In this document: one piece after another, positions 49,598 to 58,947 of the stretch
Position numbering within the stretch: position 1 is the first letter of the stretch
How the letters are laid out: the number at the start of each line of letters is the position of its first letter
Assembly: GCA_045047305.1 (NCBI GenBank)
Contig: JASFYO010000002.1
Coordinates: 32,001 to 96,000 of the forward strand
Length of the DNA stretch: 64,000 nucleotides
Direction: 5' to 3'
From: Planctomycetota bacterium
GTDB taxonomy: Bacteria > Planctomycetota > UBA1135
The notes under the pieces: generated by a model
What the model saw: only the letters and a program-made list of their open reading frames with translations
Database searches by the model: none
What the model was told of the DNA's origin: nothing
Position numbers and translations under genes: made by a program

Positions 49598-51238
49598 CTA
49601 ACGATAGTTGGGAGCTTCAAACGGAGGCAAGTCCCGTTGGAAATCTGGAATGCGCCAACGGGTGTATGGAACCTCATGCCACGGTTCCAAGTAAATCAAC
49701 TTCACGCCGTCCTGAGTAGTCCTGCGCCAAACCACGGCCTTCATCCGCAGGGCCTTGCCTGGTGCTTCCTGGTATCTACGACTTGGCTCCCACTCGGAAT
49801 CCAACTTGCGCATGGCGATGACGTAAACACTGAAGATGTCGGACTGAACCCCCAGCAAAGCCTGGATTTCAGCTTGGGTGTCTTCTTGGAGTTCTTCGGC
49901 AGCGAATCCATCGACTTCTGTTATCTGCTCTAAAGAACGAAAGAACTGCCGCGGCTCCGGCTCGTATTCCCCGTAAATGGACTCCCGCAATTCACGATCA
50001 TCTGGATCTTCATCATTGCCATCGCGTTCCTCGAGAGCATCTTCGTCGACCTCATTACGGTATTCAAGCAAAGCCGTGACCTTCATTGGCGGAAGTTCCA
50101 CCGACGGGAACATGCCTTCAATCACAGCCCGAGGTGCAGTATTGATGTTAATCAGAGTTCCGATTGGAGGATCGCCATCCAGGACACCTTGCATACCGCC
50201 TTCCCCTTGCACATCGCGCTCGCCATTGAGGCTGGTTCCAGTATCGGCTCCGCTGGACTCAGCATCACCGCCATTCAACAAATCCCCGTTGCTTGCAGCA
50301 TTCTCATTGGAACTCGTAGCGCCGTCAGGATTATCCGAACCAAGAGTATTCGCACCAGCTTGGTCAAATGCCGGAAGCGTCCAAATGGTAAAGATGCTTT
50401 CCAACCCAGGTGCAATCATTTCATTCGGGCGCAGTTGATCGTAAAACAGTTCCTGATTGACTGACTCGAGCAGCATCATCTCCTCTAGCGCACTGAGCAT
50501 GGTGTACTCCGAATCGTCATGGAGCGAGTGCCGCGGCATCAGTGGCAACTGTTCATAACGTGAGTCCACTCGCATCCAGCGTAAAAGTTCGTCGAGAATA
50601 GCGCGGGCATCGGATTCGCCGAGATCATCATCGAAGTCATTACGCATCGCTCCAAGAATGCGCACCGCACGCTCGAAGTTTTCCTCTGCCTGGAGTTCAT
50701 CTTCTACGAGCAACAGATGCAGATTGAATTTCCCGTTTTCGTCACTGACAAACGTGGTGATTTCGATGTCGTCGACCATCACCCGCATCGGCTTCGCCCA
50801 TCCATCCTCAAAAGAATCCGAGTTGGAAGCGTCCTCTTCGCCTTCCTCGCCGCCTTCACCATCTTGACCTTCTTGACCACCCTCGCTCGCGCCTTGATTC
50901 GTATCAAAGCCTGCTCCATCAGCGCCAAGCGCAGAGTCCATTCCGGCGAAAGCACTGGGACCAGAAAGTGCGCTACTGAATCCGCTGGAAGCTTCGCCGG
51001 AGGCATCGTCCTTAAGCAGAGTAAGCAACTCTTCCGCGGTAGTGCGGCAGGCCAAAGTCATGCGCAAGTGATTAGCACGATTGCTGGTTGCCTGGTGCGC
51101 GACCTCTGCGCCAAGCGAGAGCTGGGTAATCAGAGCAATCACCAAAAAAAGCACGAACATGGTGAGGATGAGGATGACGCCTCGCTCCCCTGGCCGTCCC
51201 AGGTGCTTCCTGCTCGAAATGTTGGCTGGCAAACGCAT
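49598..51238 (-). CDS. GspK-like minor pseudopilin with acidic insertions
   Basis: Prepilin site ERG/VILIL, DENGKFNL, ININTAP, VQSDIFSV. Confidence 0.8.
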   Translation of the reverse strand: MRLPANISSRKHLGRPGERGVILILTMFVLFLVIALITQLSLGAEVAHQATSNRANHLRMTLACRTTAEELLTLLKDDASGEASSGFSSALSGPSAFAGMDSALGADGAGFDTNQGASEGGQEGQDGEGGEEGEEDASNSDSFEDGWAKPMRVMVDDIEITTFVSDENGKFNLHLLLVEDELQAEENFERAVRILGAMRNDFDDDLGESDARAILDELLRWMRVDSRYEQLPLMPRHSLHDDSEYTMLSALEEMMLLESVNQELFYDQLRPNEMIAPGLESIFTIWTLPAFDQAGANTLGSDNPDGATSSNENAASNGDLLNGGDAESSGADTGTSLNGERDVQGEGGMQGVLDGDPPIGTLININTAPRAVIEGMFPSVELPPMKVTALLEYRNEVDEDALEERDGNDEDPDDRELRESIYGEYEPEPRQFFRSLEQITEVDGFAAEELQEDTQAEIQALLGVQSDIFSVYVIAMRKLDSEWEPSRRYQEAPGKALRMKAVVWRRTTQDGVKLIYLEPWHEVPYTRWRIPDFQRDLPPFEAPNYR

Positions 51239-51259
51239 CGCTACCTTAAGACGCAGAGC

Positions 51260-52567
51260 CTAATTCGAATCTTCCGCTTGATCAAACGGATCGAAGAATT
51301 CGCCGACACCAAAACGATCGATACTTGGACGATCCTTAATCTTTGGCGTGAACATAAAGGTCACGGTGGTTTCTACATCTTCATCCGAGCGCGAGGAGAA
51401 AAGCCAACCGATGATTGGGATGTCGCCCAAGATGGGTACCTTACTCTCACTCTCGCGGTGCTCAACAAGCTTTAATCCGCCGATGATTACGTGGGTGCCG
51501 TTACGCACATAAACCTCGGTGCTCGCTTTGCGCGTATTCAAAGAAGGCGCCACGATTTGCTGGTTGTTGCCGTCGGTACCAATCACAAAGTCTTGGCCGA
51601 GGCGACTTATTTCAACATCAATCACCAAGTGGATGGTGTCGACGCCGACAAGGAATGGCGTCACAAACATCTTCACTCCGACCGTATTGGTTCCAATGGT
51701 AAAGACTGTGGCTCCATTCAAAGTTACGTTTCCAACTTTGAGAAATGGGATCTCTTCCGTCGACTCCACCGAGGCGGTCACACCATTGCGAGTGACAATC
51801 CGCGGCTGCGAAACAATATCCACCAAGCCCTTTTGACGCAAAAACTGGAGCACGGCATCCAACTGAAAGGAGGAGTCAATCAGTCCAACCTGGAACGCAC
51901 CTCCAAGCCCTGACCCAGACGTGGTTGGGTTGCTTGGGGCAGGAAAGCTACCACCAATACTGCGCAGGAAGGCGTTGGATTGCGCGTCTTGGAACAAAGG
52001 GTTACCCGCGACCTGAACCATGCCGCGATCGAATGCAGAGTTGTTCAGGTTTTCAGTAACCACGGCCTCGATGGAGATTTGCGGTCCAGAGTTAAACCAA
52101 GAATCGACTGCATCGAAAATCTCGCGCAGAGAGTCCTCATCTCCTGTCACAATCAATAGGTCTTCGACCGCACTGAACTTGCCTGCAGTCACCCAAGGAA
52201 AGCGTTTTGAGGTGAGATCATTACTGTAAACCTTGCCACCGCCAGCAATGACGTCCACCGACGCCTCTGCAGTGCCGCCTTCCGGCACTTGGAGACAGGC
52301 ACAATGGTCATCTAGCCTTTTCTTGAACTCATCGCCGCTTCCCTGTGGGACGGTAAGGACAGCACCCAAAGTCCCGTCTGCATTTTCATGAATGCGGACA
52401 TAAGGAAACTCTTCCTCAAACGACTGGGGGCCGGAAAAAACCGGCGCCGCCACAATCGTTTGTGGGGCTTCCGGCTCGCTCTCGAAAAACGAGCACGCTT
52501 GGAGGCTTAAAGCCCCCGACAAGGCAAGCACGCCAAGAACCAAACGCGGCTGGCGCGGAGAAAACAT
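51260..52567 (-). CDS. Short secretin (GspD-like) with lipobox
   Basis: LQAC lipobox; PQISIEAVV, SQPRIVTRNG, GVKMFVTP, KVPILGDIPIIGWLF. Confidence 0.88.
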   Translation of the reverse strand: MFSPRQPRLVLGVLALSGALSLQACSFFESEPEAPQTIVAAPVFSGPQSFEEEFPYVRIHENADGTLGAVLTVPQGSGDEFKKRLDDHCACLQVPEGGTAEASVDVIAGGGKVYSNDLTSKRFPWVTAGKFSAVEDLLIVTGDEDSLREIFDAVDSWFNSGPQISIEAVVTENLNNSAFDRGMVQVAGNPLFQDAQSNAFLRSIGGSFPAPSNPTTSGSGLGGAFQVGLIDSSFQLDAVLQFLRQKGLVDIVSQPRIVTRNGVTASVESTEEIPFLKVGNVTLNGATVFTIGTNTVGVKMFVTPFLVGVDTIHLVIDVEISRLGQDFVIGTDGNNQQIVAPSLNTRKASTEVYVRNGTHVIIGGLKLVEHRESESKVPILGDIPIIGWLFSSRSDEDVETTVTFMFTPKIKDRPSIDRFGVGEFFDPFDQAEDSN

Positions 52568-52583
52568 GAGCGCCTTAAAGGAG

Positions 52584-53003
52584 CTACAGGGCAGAGATGA
52601 TGTCCGAGGTTGCATCGGTCACATGAGCGTAACCGGAAATGCCTCCCTCTTCCACGATGAGCGCAAAGCTCTTCTCGGCGGCAACCTTTTTCAGGGCAGC
52701 TTTATAGCTCTTGGTTGCCTGACGGATTAGCTTGTTGTAGCGGGCCGAACCCTTCTCAAGGCCCTCTTTCTGGATGGCCTGGTAAGCAGGGATTTGTTCA
52801 TAAATCTCTGTGGAGCGGATAGTTCCGACCGTTTGCGCACCTTCAACATCGAATTTACTGACATTGCCATGACGCACTTTGCTCCGATCGAGGTGCACCT
52901 CTTCTATGGTCAGAACAGGATTCTCAGATACGGCTTTAACCATCGGTGCGGCGATGGAAAGGGAGAGTGCTACAAGAGCAAAAGTAAGCAGAGGTTTCAT
53001 CAT
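52584..53003 (-). CDS. Small exported protein, Skp/OmpH-like C-terminus
   Basis: Signal peptide; AALKKVAAEKSFALIV...DATSDIISAL resembles the Skp C-terminal pattern. Confidence 0.55.
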   Translation of the reverse strand: MMKPLLTFALVALSLSIAAPMVKAVSENPVLTIEEVHLDRSKVRHGNVSKFDVEGAQTVGTIRSTEIYEQIPAYQAIQKEGLEKGSARYNKLIRQATKSYKAALKKVAAEKSFALIVEEGGISGYAHVTDATSDIISAL

Positions 53004-53021
53004 GGTCCTTTGTAAGCCTTC

Positions 53022-53050
53022 AGTGTATTTTTTAAACGGCCCAGATGGAA
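53022..53050 (-). promoter_or_regulatory. Possible sigma70 promoter for the skp-like/secretin/gspK operon
   Basis: TTCCAT-17 nt-TACACT. Confidence 0.35.
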
Positions 53051-53136
53051 GACTATTTGCCTTTTTTTAGGCAGAAACGGCCTTTTTATCGGTTTTCTCA
53101 GCGAATTGCTGAAGGAACCACAAGATATAGACGCAA

Positions 53137-53173
53137 GAAGGCACGAACCCCCACTATAGGAATTCGTGCCTTC
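53137..53173 (-). terminator. Hairpin after pnp
   Basis: GAAGGCACGAA-15 nt-TTCGTGCCTTC, 14 nt after the stop. Confidence 0.65.
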
Positions 53174-53187
53174 GTAAAAACTATGAC

Positions 53188-55476
53188 CTAAACGCGCTCA
53201 CGACGGCCACTATCACGGCCTCCGCGGTCACGATCCCGTCCGCCACGATCATCACGACCACGTCCACGGTCGTCACGACCACGCCCGCGATCGCCGGATG
53301 GGCGCGAAGGACGTGCTGCTGCTGCGATAGCATCCGCTACTTCCTCCTCTGGCAACATGGCGATACGACGGCTCAGACGAATCTTGCCGGAACGCTCATC
53401 CACGTTGACCACGATGACATCGATCATGTCGTCTTCATTGCACACGTCCGAAACTTGCTCGGTGCGCTCAGGTGCCAACTCAGAGATGTGACACATGCCT
53501 TCCTGACCGCCGCCTAGATCGACGAAGCAACCGAAGTCCTTGACTCCCGTAACCTTGCCGTTGAAGCGCTCACCGATTGCAATGACGCGGGTCTGCTGAC
53601 GAATACGCTCGATACAGGCCTCGACGTTCTCGACTGGAGTACCCGAAACTTGAACGTTGCCTTCCTCATCGAGGATGTTCACGTTCACGCCGTAGGTTTC
53701 CTGCAGCATGCGAATGTTCGCACCCTTTGGACCAATCACGAAGCCAATCTTCTCCTTAGGTACCTTGACCGACTTGTTGGCCGGTGCGTACTGCGAGATG
53801 TTTTCGCGAGCACCATCCAGTGCTTCCGCCATCTTGCCAAGAATGTGCATACGACCTTCTTGAGCTTGGGTGATGGCCTCAGACATGATGTCTGCGCTAA
53901 GCCCTTTGACCTTGATGTCCATCTGCAAAGCGGTGATGCCTGCTTCGGTTCCAGTGACCTTGAAGTCCATGTCGCCATGGTGATCTTCGGAACCGAGGAT
54001 GTCGGACAGAATGTTGTACTGACCAGTTTCCTCATCCATGATGAGGCCCATGGCGATACCAGCTACAGGAGCCTTCAGTGGCACACCGGCATCGAGCATC
54101 GACAAGCAACCACCACAGACCGAAGCCATCGACGACGAGCCGTTGGACTCGGTGATGTCGGACACGATGCGGATGGTGTAAGGGAAGTCGGTGTGATCCG
54201 GCAGCATTGGGCGCAGTGCGCGCTCAGCTAAGTTGCCGTGACCTTTCTCACGCCGCGAAGTACCGCGCAACATCTTGGCCTCACCGGTACAGAACGGTGG
54301 GAAGTTGTAGTGCAGGAAGAACTTGTTCTTGGTCTTCTCGGCGTTAAGGCCGTCGATGAACATTTCATCGTCTGAAGAACCCAGGGTTGTGGCCACAATC
54401 GCTTGGGTCTCACCGCGAGTGAACAAGGTGGAACCGTGCACGCGAGGTAGCAAGCCGGTTTCGATGTCGATCTGACGGATGGTCTTGCCATCGCGACCGT
54501 CGACGCGCTTGTTGTTCAAAGTCATCTTGCGCTCGATGTCGTTAGCAACACGCTTGGCGCCCGACTTGTAACGCTTCTGCTCAGCCTGAGCTTCGTCAGA
54601 ATCGCCTTCCGGCGCCATCTCTGCGATGACCTGCTTGACGAATGCATCGACAGCAGCGTAACGCTCGAACTTGCCCTGAGTCATCAGAACGGCTTCGACG
54701 TGAGCCTCACCATACTTGGCGAGCACTTCTTCTGCAGTTGCGGTATCGGCAACTGGAGCTTCAACGACCAGCTTCTCTGCACCACACATGCCGCGCAGTT
54801 CATCCAGCATCGCGATGATTTCCTTGATGACGCCGTGACCGGTTGCAAGCACGTTGGGCACTTCCGAGTCAGGAAGTTCCTTTGCACCAGCTTCCACCAT
54901 GCAGACGGCAGCTTCGGTTCCAGACATGGTGAGATCGAGAATGTTCTCGTTCATTTCCAACACCGACTTGGTCGGGTTGATGATGACGTTGCCATCGACG
55001 AAGCCGAGGCGGATCGCACCCATGGCACCTTCGAATGGAATGTGCGAGAGGTGGATGGCAGCCATACCGCCGATCATCGACAGCACTTCTGGCTCGTTTT
55101 CCTGGTCAAAGGAAAGTACCGACGACATGACCTGCACTTCGTTTTGGAAGCCGGCTGCGAACATCGGGCGGACCGAACGATCCAACATACGCATAGCGAG
55201 CACTTCCTTTAGAGTCGGTGCTGCTTCACGCTTAAAGAAACCGCCAGGAATTTTTCCTGCGGAGTAAGTCTTTTCACGGTAATCCACCGTGAGAGGGAAG
55301 AAAGGCAGATCCTTAGGACCGCCGTCCACAACCGTGGACATGACCACCGTTTCGCCGTAGCTAACAATGACCGCGCCAGTTGCTTGCTTAGCAATCCAGC
55401 CGGTTTCGATGGTAAGGGTGCGACCACCGATCTCACGTGAGACCGATTTCACATTAGGGTTGGAAGAAATTGTCAT
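53188..55476 (-). CDS. pnp: Polyribonucleotide nucleotidyltransferase
   Basis: FFPLTVDYRE, HGSTLFTRGETQ, ESNGSSSMASVC, GDMDFKV, KH and S1 domains. Confidence 0.98.
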   Translation of the reverse strand: MTISSNPNVKSVSREIGGRTLTIETGWIAKQATGAVIVSYGETVVMSTVVDGGPKDLPFFPLTVDYREKTYSAGKIPGGFFKREAAPTLKEVLAMRMLDRSVRPMFAAGFQNEVQVMSSVLSFDQENEPEVLSMIGGMAAIHLSHIPFEGAMGAIRLGFVDGNVIINPTKSVLEMNENILDLTMSGTEAAVCMVEAGAKELPDSEVPNVLATGHGVIKEIIAMLDELRGMCGAEKLVVEAPVADTATAEEVLAKYGEAHVEAVLMTQGKFERYAAVDAFVKQVIAEMAPEGDSDEAQAEQKRYKSGAKRVANDIERKMTLNNKRVDGRDGKTIRQIDIETGLLPRVHGSTLFTRGETQAIVATTLGSSDDEMFIDGLNAEKTKNKFFLHYNFPPFCTGEAKMLRGTSRREKGHGNLAERALRPMLPDHTDFPYTIRIVSDITESNGSSSMASVCGGCLSMLDAGVPLKAPVAGIAMGLIMDEETGQYNILSDILGSEDHHGDMDFKVTGTEAGITALQMDIKVKGLSADIMSEAITQAQEGRMHILGKMAEALDGARENISQYAPANKSVKVPKEKIGFVIGPKGANIRMLQETYGVNVNILDEEGNVQVSGTPVENVEACIERIRQQTRVIAIGERFNGKVTGVKDFGCFVDLGGGQEGMCHISELAPERTEQVSDVCNEDDMIDVIVVNVDERSGKIRLSRRIAMLPEEEVADAIAAAARPSRPSGDRGRGRDDRGRGRDDRGGRDRDRGGRDSGRRERV

Positions 55477-55582
55477 TCCGCTATTCCGCTTTGTAATTTT
55501 GTGTTTTTTTTCGAACATTCCGCAAATTCAGCAATGGGCATTTCGCTCCTCTTAGGCTGAACGGGTCCTCCGATGTGACCCT

Positions 55583-55620
55583 GGAAAAACATTGAGCACC
55601 GCCAGATGACGGTGCTCAAT
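55583..55620 (-). terminator. Intrinsic terminator/attenuator between rpsO and pnp
   Basis: ATTGAGCACCG-8 nt-CGGTGCTCAAT followed by GTTTTT on the minus strand. Confidence 0.7.
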
Positions 55621-55632
55621 CGGAGAGGTTGA

Positions 55633-55905
55633 TTATCCTCTGATGCCGAGTTTCTCAACAAGTTCGTGATGCCGGTGGGCATCCGTCTTGCGCAAGTACT
55701 TCATCAGACGGCGGCGCTGTGCCACCTGGCCAAGTAGACCGCGGCGGGTGCCGTTGTCCTTCTTGTGGATTTTCAGGTGTTCCGTAAGCTCTTTGATGCT
55801 CTCGGTGAGGAGTGCAATCTGTACTTCTGCGGAACCGGTATCGCCCTCGGTGCGGGCGAATTCCTTAACGATTTTTGCTTTCGTATCTTTGTCAATGACG
55901 GACAT
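55633..55905 (-). CDS. rpsO: 30S ribosomal protein S15
   Basis: [36 protein letters not shown] at 55995-56000 upstream. Confidence 0.97.
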   Translation of the reverse strand: MSVIDKDTKAKIVKEFARTEGDTGSAEVQIALLTESIKELTEHLKIHKKDNGTRRGLLGQVAQRRRLMKYLRKTDAHRHHELVEKLGIRG

Positions 55906-56011
55906 GGTTTTTCCTCTAGGTGTTACCGTCGGGGTGGACAGTGTCCACTATGCCTTAATTTCAAGAAAGAGGTCCCTGAACAAAAGGTCGAAGGATTATA
56001 GCCAGATTCGG

Positions 56012-58918
56012 CTAAAAATCTAGACTTGTTCCCACGGCAGCACGTGCCCAGGAAATCGCATCGCGCTCAAGCTCGGAGAAAAAGAAGCCAGACTCCAGGA
56101 AGCCACCTGGCATTTCAAAGGCCTCTACGGTGGGACTCCAGGAGCCACCGGGAAGCATTTCGAGCGGTGGCGTGCCAACAGCTGCAGCTGGGGAATCCTT
56201 CAGGGTTGGAAAGCCAAGTACCAGTGGGTCAGCCACGGATGCGCTGGAGGCAATCCAGAAATGCCAGCGCCCTGGAATCGCAGCGGTATCTTCGATGCTG
56301 AGACGGTAGAAGCCGCCAGATCCACCTAGAGTGTTGGTGAAAGAGTGACTAAATGGGTAAGCCGCAGTCGAACTCCAAACACCGTCGGTTGGGACATCGG
56401 GCAAAGTCAGGAAAACGTCGGCGGGCGAAGCGGCCAAGGGGGCCTCCACACGGGCTAAAGCTTGATTGCCAGAAGCATCTTCGATGAATACTTGCAAGAT
56501 GACGTTCGCCGCATCGGCGCCTTCCACCACGGCAAGGTCGTGCAGGCTGAGTTCGAGCTCTGCGTCGCCGTTCACTCCCCCGCCAGAGAGATTAACCGAG
56601 CCAGCGCCAAGGCCAACAAACCCGGGAATCCCAGGGATGACGGTTCCTACCAAGGCATTGCTATCGGTCAAAGTGCCAACCCCAGCACCCGGGGAAACGC
56701 GCAACGGGTAAATGAAATTGGTTGAGGATGCGATTTGATTGCTACTCTCAACCATGGCCAACACTGGCGGAGTGACAGCAGATCCGGTGCTTGGCTCCAG
56801 CAATACGTGAGCATCAACTCCGTAGAAGCGGAAGTAACGGCTTGGTGCATCGAAGGCTGCGACATCATGGAATGCCGCGTACCACCCCAATCGATTCAAG
56901 CGCGAGGTGACGCTCCCAAAAATACTGTTGAGATCCAAGCCTTGGAGACTGTCCGGATCTATGCCGCCAGCGCTGGTGGCAAACAAGTTACTGGTGACAT
57001 CGAGTTGGCCACTGGTCAGGCCGGTGACTAGCGGTCCCATCGAAGCGAGCAGTGGATTCGCCGTTGGCATCGGCACGGAGATCTCTGCAGTGTTGAAACC
57101 AACCACACTGACACTGTCGTAGCCGACCCGCTCCAAAGTAATCGTTTGGGCGCCGCTGCGCGCAGCAAAGGTGAAAGAGCCATCGCTGCCGGTGGAGCCA
57201 AAATCTTCGTTACCACCACCGAAATCTTCAATGTGCACGATGGCACCACCGAGAGTCACAAGTGCGTCGCGATCAAAAGCAGTGACGCGTAAATCGCCGC
57301 CGCCACCAGGAAGAGGCGTGGAGCCGAGGAATCCACGGAAGGCAACACTACCTGGAGACGGGAAGGTTGCTGGGTTGCCGGCTTCGTCGGTCAAAGTAAT
57401 GTCGAACAGCAAAGGTCCTTCAGTGACCACCAGAGGATCAAAGAAAGGGCCTACGAAAAAGTTGCTGCTAGGCGGTTCCGGCATGCTGCGCGCTTTGCTC
57501 AGGATGGTCGGAGGAAAGGAGGAGTCAATTTGAGCAATTGGCTCACTGGCACGACCATAAGGGCGGAACCGCGGCAAATCCGTCACGAATTGACTGCCGA
57601 ACTGCCCAGCAGGCGGACCGTAGTTAAACAGCAATGGGCGCACTAAATCATGCGCAACGGTAGTTTCCAGATTGTCCACATCGCGCAACACTTGAACGCT
57701 ACTGCGCAAACCATCGCGTTCCACGTAGCTGCCAAGAATCAAAGTCGAGCTGGATCCGAACAGAGCCAAGGAATTGACGTCGGTGAGATCTAAGGTGAAA
57801 TCAATGATGCCAGTAGCAGCTGGCAAAGTGGATGACACGAAACCAGAGTCTCCGCTTTCGTGCACGAGGAGATGCACGACATCCGTTGGTTGCACCGCAA
57901 CTGGAGTGGTAATGCGCACTGGGAATGCAGCTTGATTCGCAAGATTCACGGCCGGGGCAAAAGCACCGAAGTTCGCTAGGTCAAAGCCAACTGTTGTAGG
58001 CCGCCCAAATGCCAAGGTGCCCCAGGTGGCGGCATAGGAAGAAGCCAAAGCTTGTGGCACAAACTCGGCATCAGTCAAAGTGGTGTTGACATCTAACTGC
58101 ATGTTTGCGCCGATGTCGTCGGCATCATCTAGATGCGGGAATTCGAACACCCGGTTACCCGCATGACGAAACTCCAAGTCAGCGGCAAGGTCATAGTTGC
58201 CGGCAGCGGAGACCGTGGCATTGGTCAAGCTGACCGCACTGGTGATTCCAGTGAAATCCATCGCTTTGGAGAAGGCCACAATGACCGGCGCATCATTAGG
58301 GATACCTGTACTCCCAACCGGCGGGAAGGAACCAATCACAATGGGGGCCTGTCCGGCGAAGCTGGCCGAAGTCGTGAACCGAGACAAACGCCCGCTCGCA
58401 GGAAGGCTTAGGCGCTCTCCATCGAGGTCGGTGATGTCGTCCGTCGCCACGATTTCAAACTGAGTGCTAGGGCTCAAAAACGCCAGAGGCGCCATGACTA
58501 AACAGCGGTTACCCGCGAGCCAAGTCAGTTCTGTAGTGATCGGGAACTCTGGAGTGGCCACTGCACGCAAAATCAGCGAAGCCGAAGTCACCGTATCTGT
58601 GCGCATACTCTCGCTGAACCAAAAGACGATGGGAGTGTGAACATCTAGCTCGGTAGCACGATCACTTGGAGCGATGGCATCTAGGCTGGGACGGCCAGAA
58701 GCTAAAAAGGCTCCTGCAATCGGTGCGGCCGAGGGGCCATTTTCTCGTGGAGGTGTACCGCCATCTCCCCCACCAGCGCCACCACCGGTGTTATTCGGGT
58801 CAAAGATGGATCCAGGATTTCCGGTACTACAGGTACCCGCAAACAATCCCAGACATAAAAGCAGGGATAAGGCGGGCAGGACCCGGGACAGGATGTTCTT
58901 GGTTAGGTTGGCCTGCAT
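56012..58918 (-). CDS. Large exported/lipoprotein with two Big_5-type Ig domains and a carboxypeptidase-regulatory-like domain
   Basis: FAGTC, Gly-rich linker, PSDRATELDVHTPIVFWFSESM, PVIVAFSKAMD, GSTGSDGSFTF...ERVGY. Confidence 0.75.
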   Translation of the reverse strand: MQANLTKNILSRVLPALSLLLCLGLFAGTCSTGNPGSIFDPNNTGGGAGGGDGGTPPRENGPSAAPIAGAFLASGRPSLDAIAPSDRATELDVHTPIVFWFSESMRTDTVTSASLILRAVATPEFPITTELTWLAGNRCLVMAPLAFLSPSTQFEIVATDDITDLDGERLSLPASGRLSRFTTSASFAGQAPIVIGSFPPVGSTGIPNDAPVIVAFSKAMDFTGITSAVSLTNATVSAAGNYDLAADLEFRHAGNRVFEFPHLDDADDIGANMQLDVNTTLTDAEFVPQALASSYAATWGTLAFGRPTTVGFDLANFGAFAPAVNLANQAAFPVRITTPVAVQPTDVVHLLVHESGDSGFVSSTLPAATGIIDFTLDLTDVNSLALFGSSSTLILGSYVERDGLRSSVQVLRDVDNLETTVAHDLVRPLLFNYGPPAGQFGSQFVTDLPRFRPYGRASEPIAQIDSSFPPTILSKARSMPEPPSSNFFVGPFFDPLVVTEGPLLFDITLTDEAGNPATFPSPGSVAFRGFLGSTPLPGGGGDLRVTAFDRDALVTLGGAIVHIEDFGGGNEDFGSTGSDGSFTFAARSGAQTITLERVGYDSVSVVGFNTAEISVPMPTANPLLASMGPLVTGLTSGQLDVTSNLFATSAGGIDPDSLQGLDLNSIFGSVTSRLNRLGWYAAFHDVAAFDAPSRYFRFYGVDAHVLLEPSTGSAVTPPVLAMVESSNQIASSTNFIYPLRVSPGAGVGTLTDSNALVGTVIPGIPGFVGLGAGSVNLSGGGVNGDAELELSLHDLAVVEGADAANVILQVFIEDASGNQALARVEAPLAASPADVFLTLPDVPTDGVWSSTAAYPFSHSFTNTLGGSGGFYRLSIEDTAAIPGRWHFWIASSASVADPLVLGFPTLKDSPAAAVGTPPLEMLPGGSWSPTVEAFEMPGGFLESGFFFSELERDAISWARAAVGTSLDF

Positions 58919-58947
58919 GATGCTCATCTATAATGACGCACTCGCCC

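Noticed and set aside
53046..53060. Sigma54-like TGG-N9-TGC
   Set aside because: On the plus strand, pointing antisense to pnp with no gene to drive
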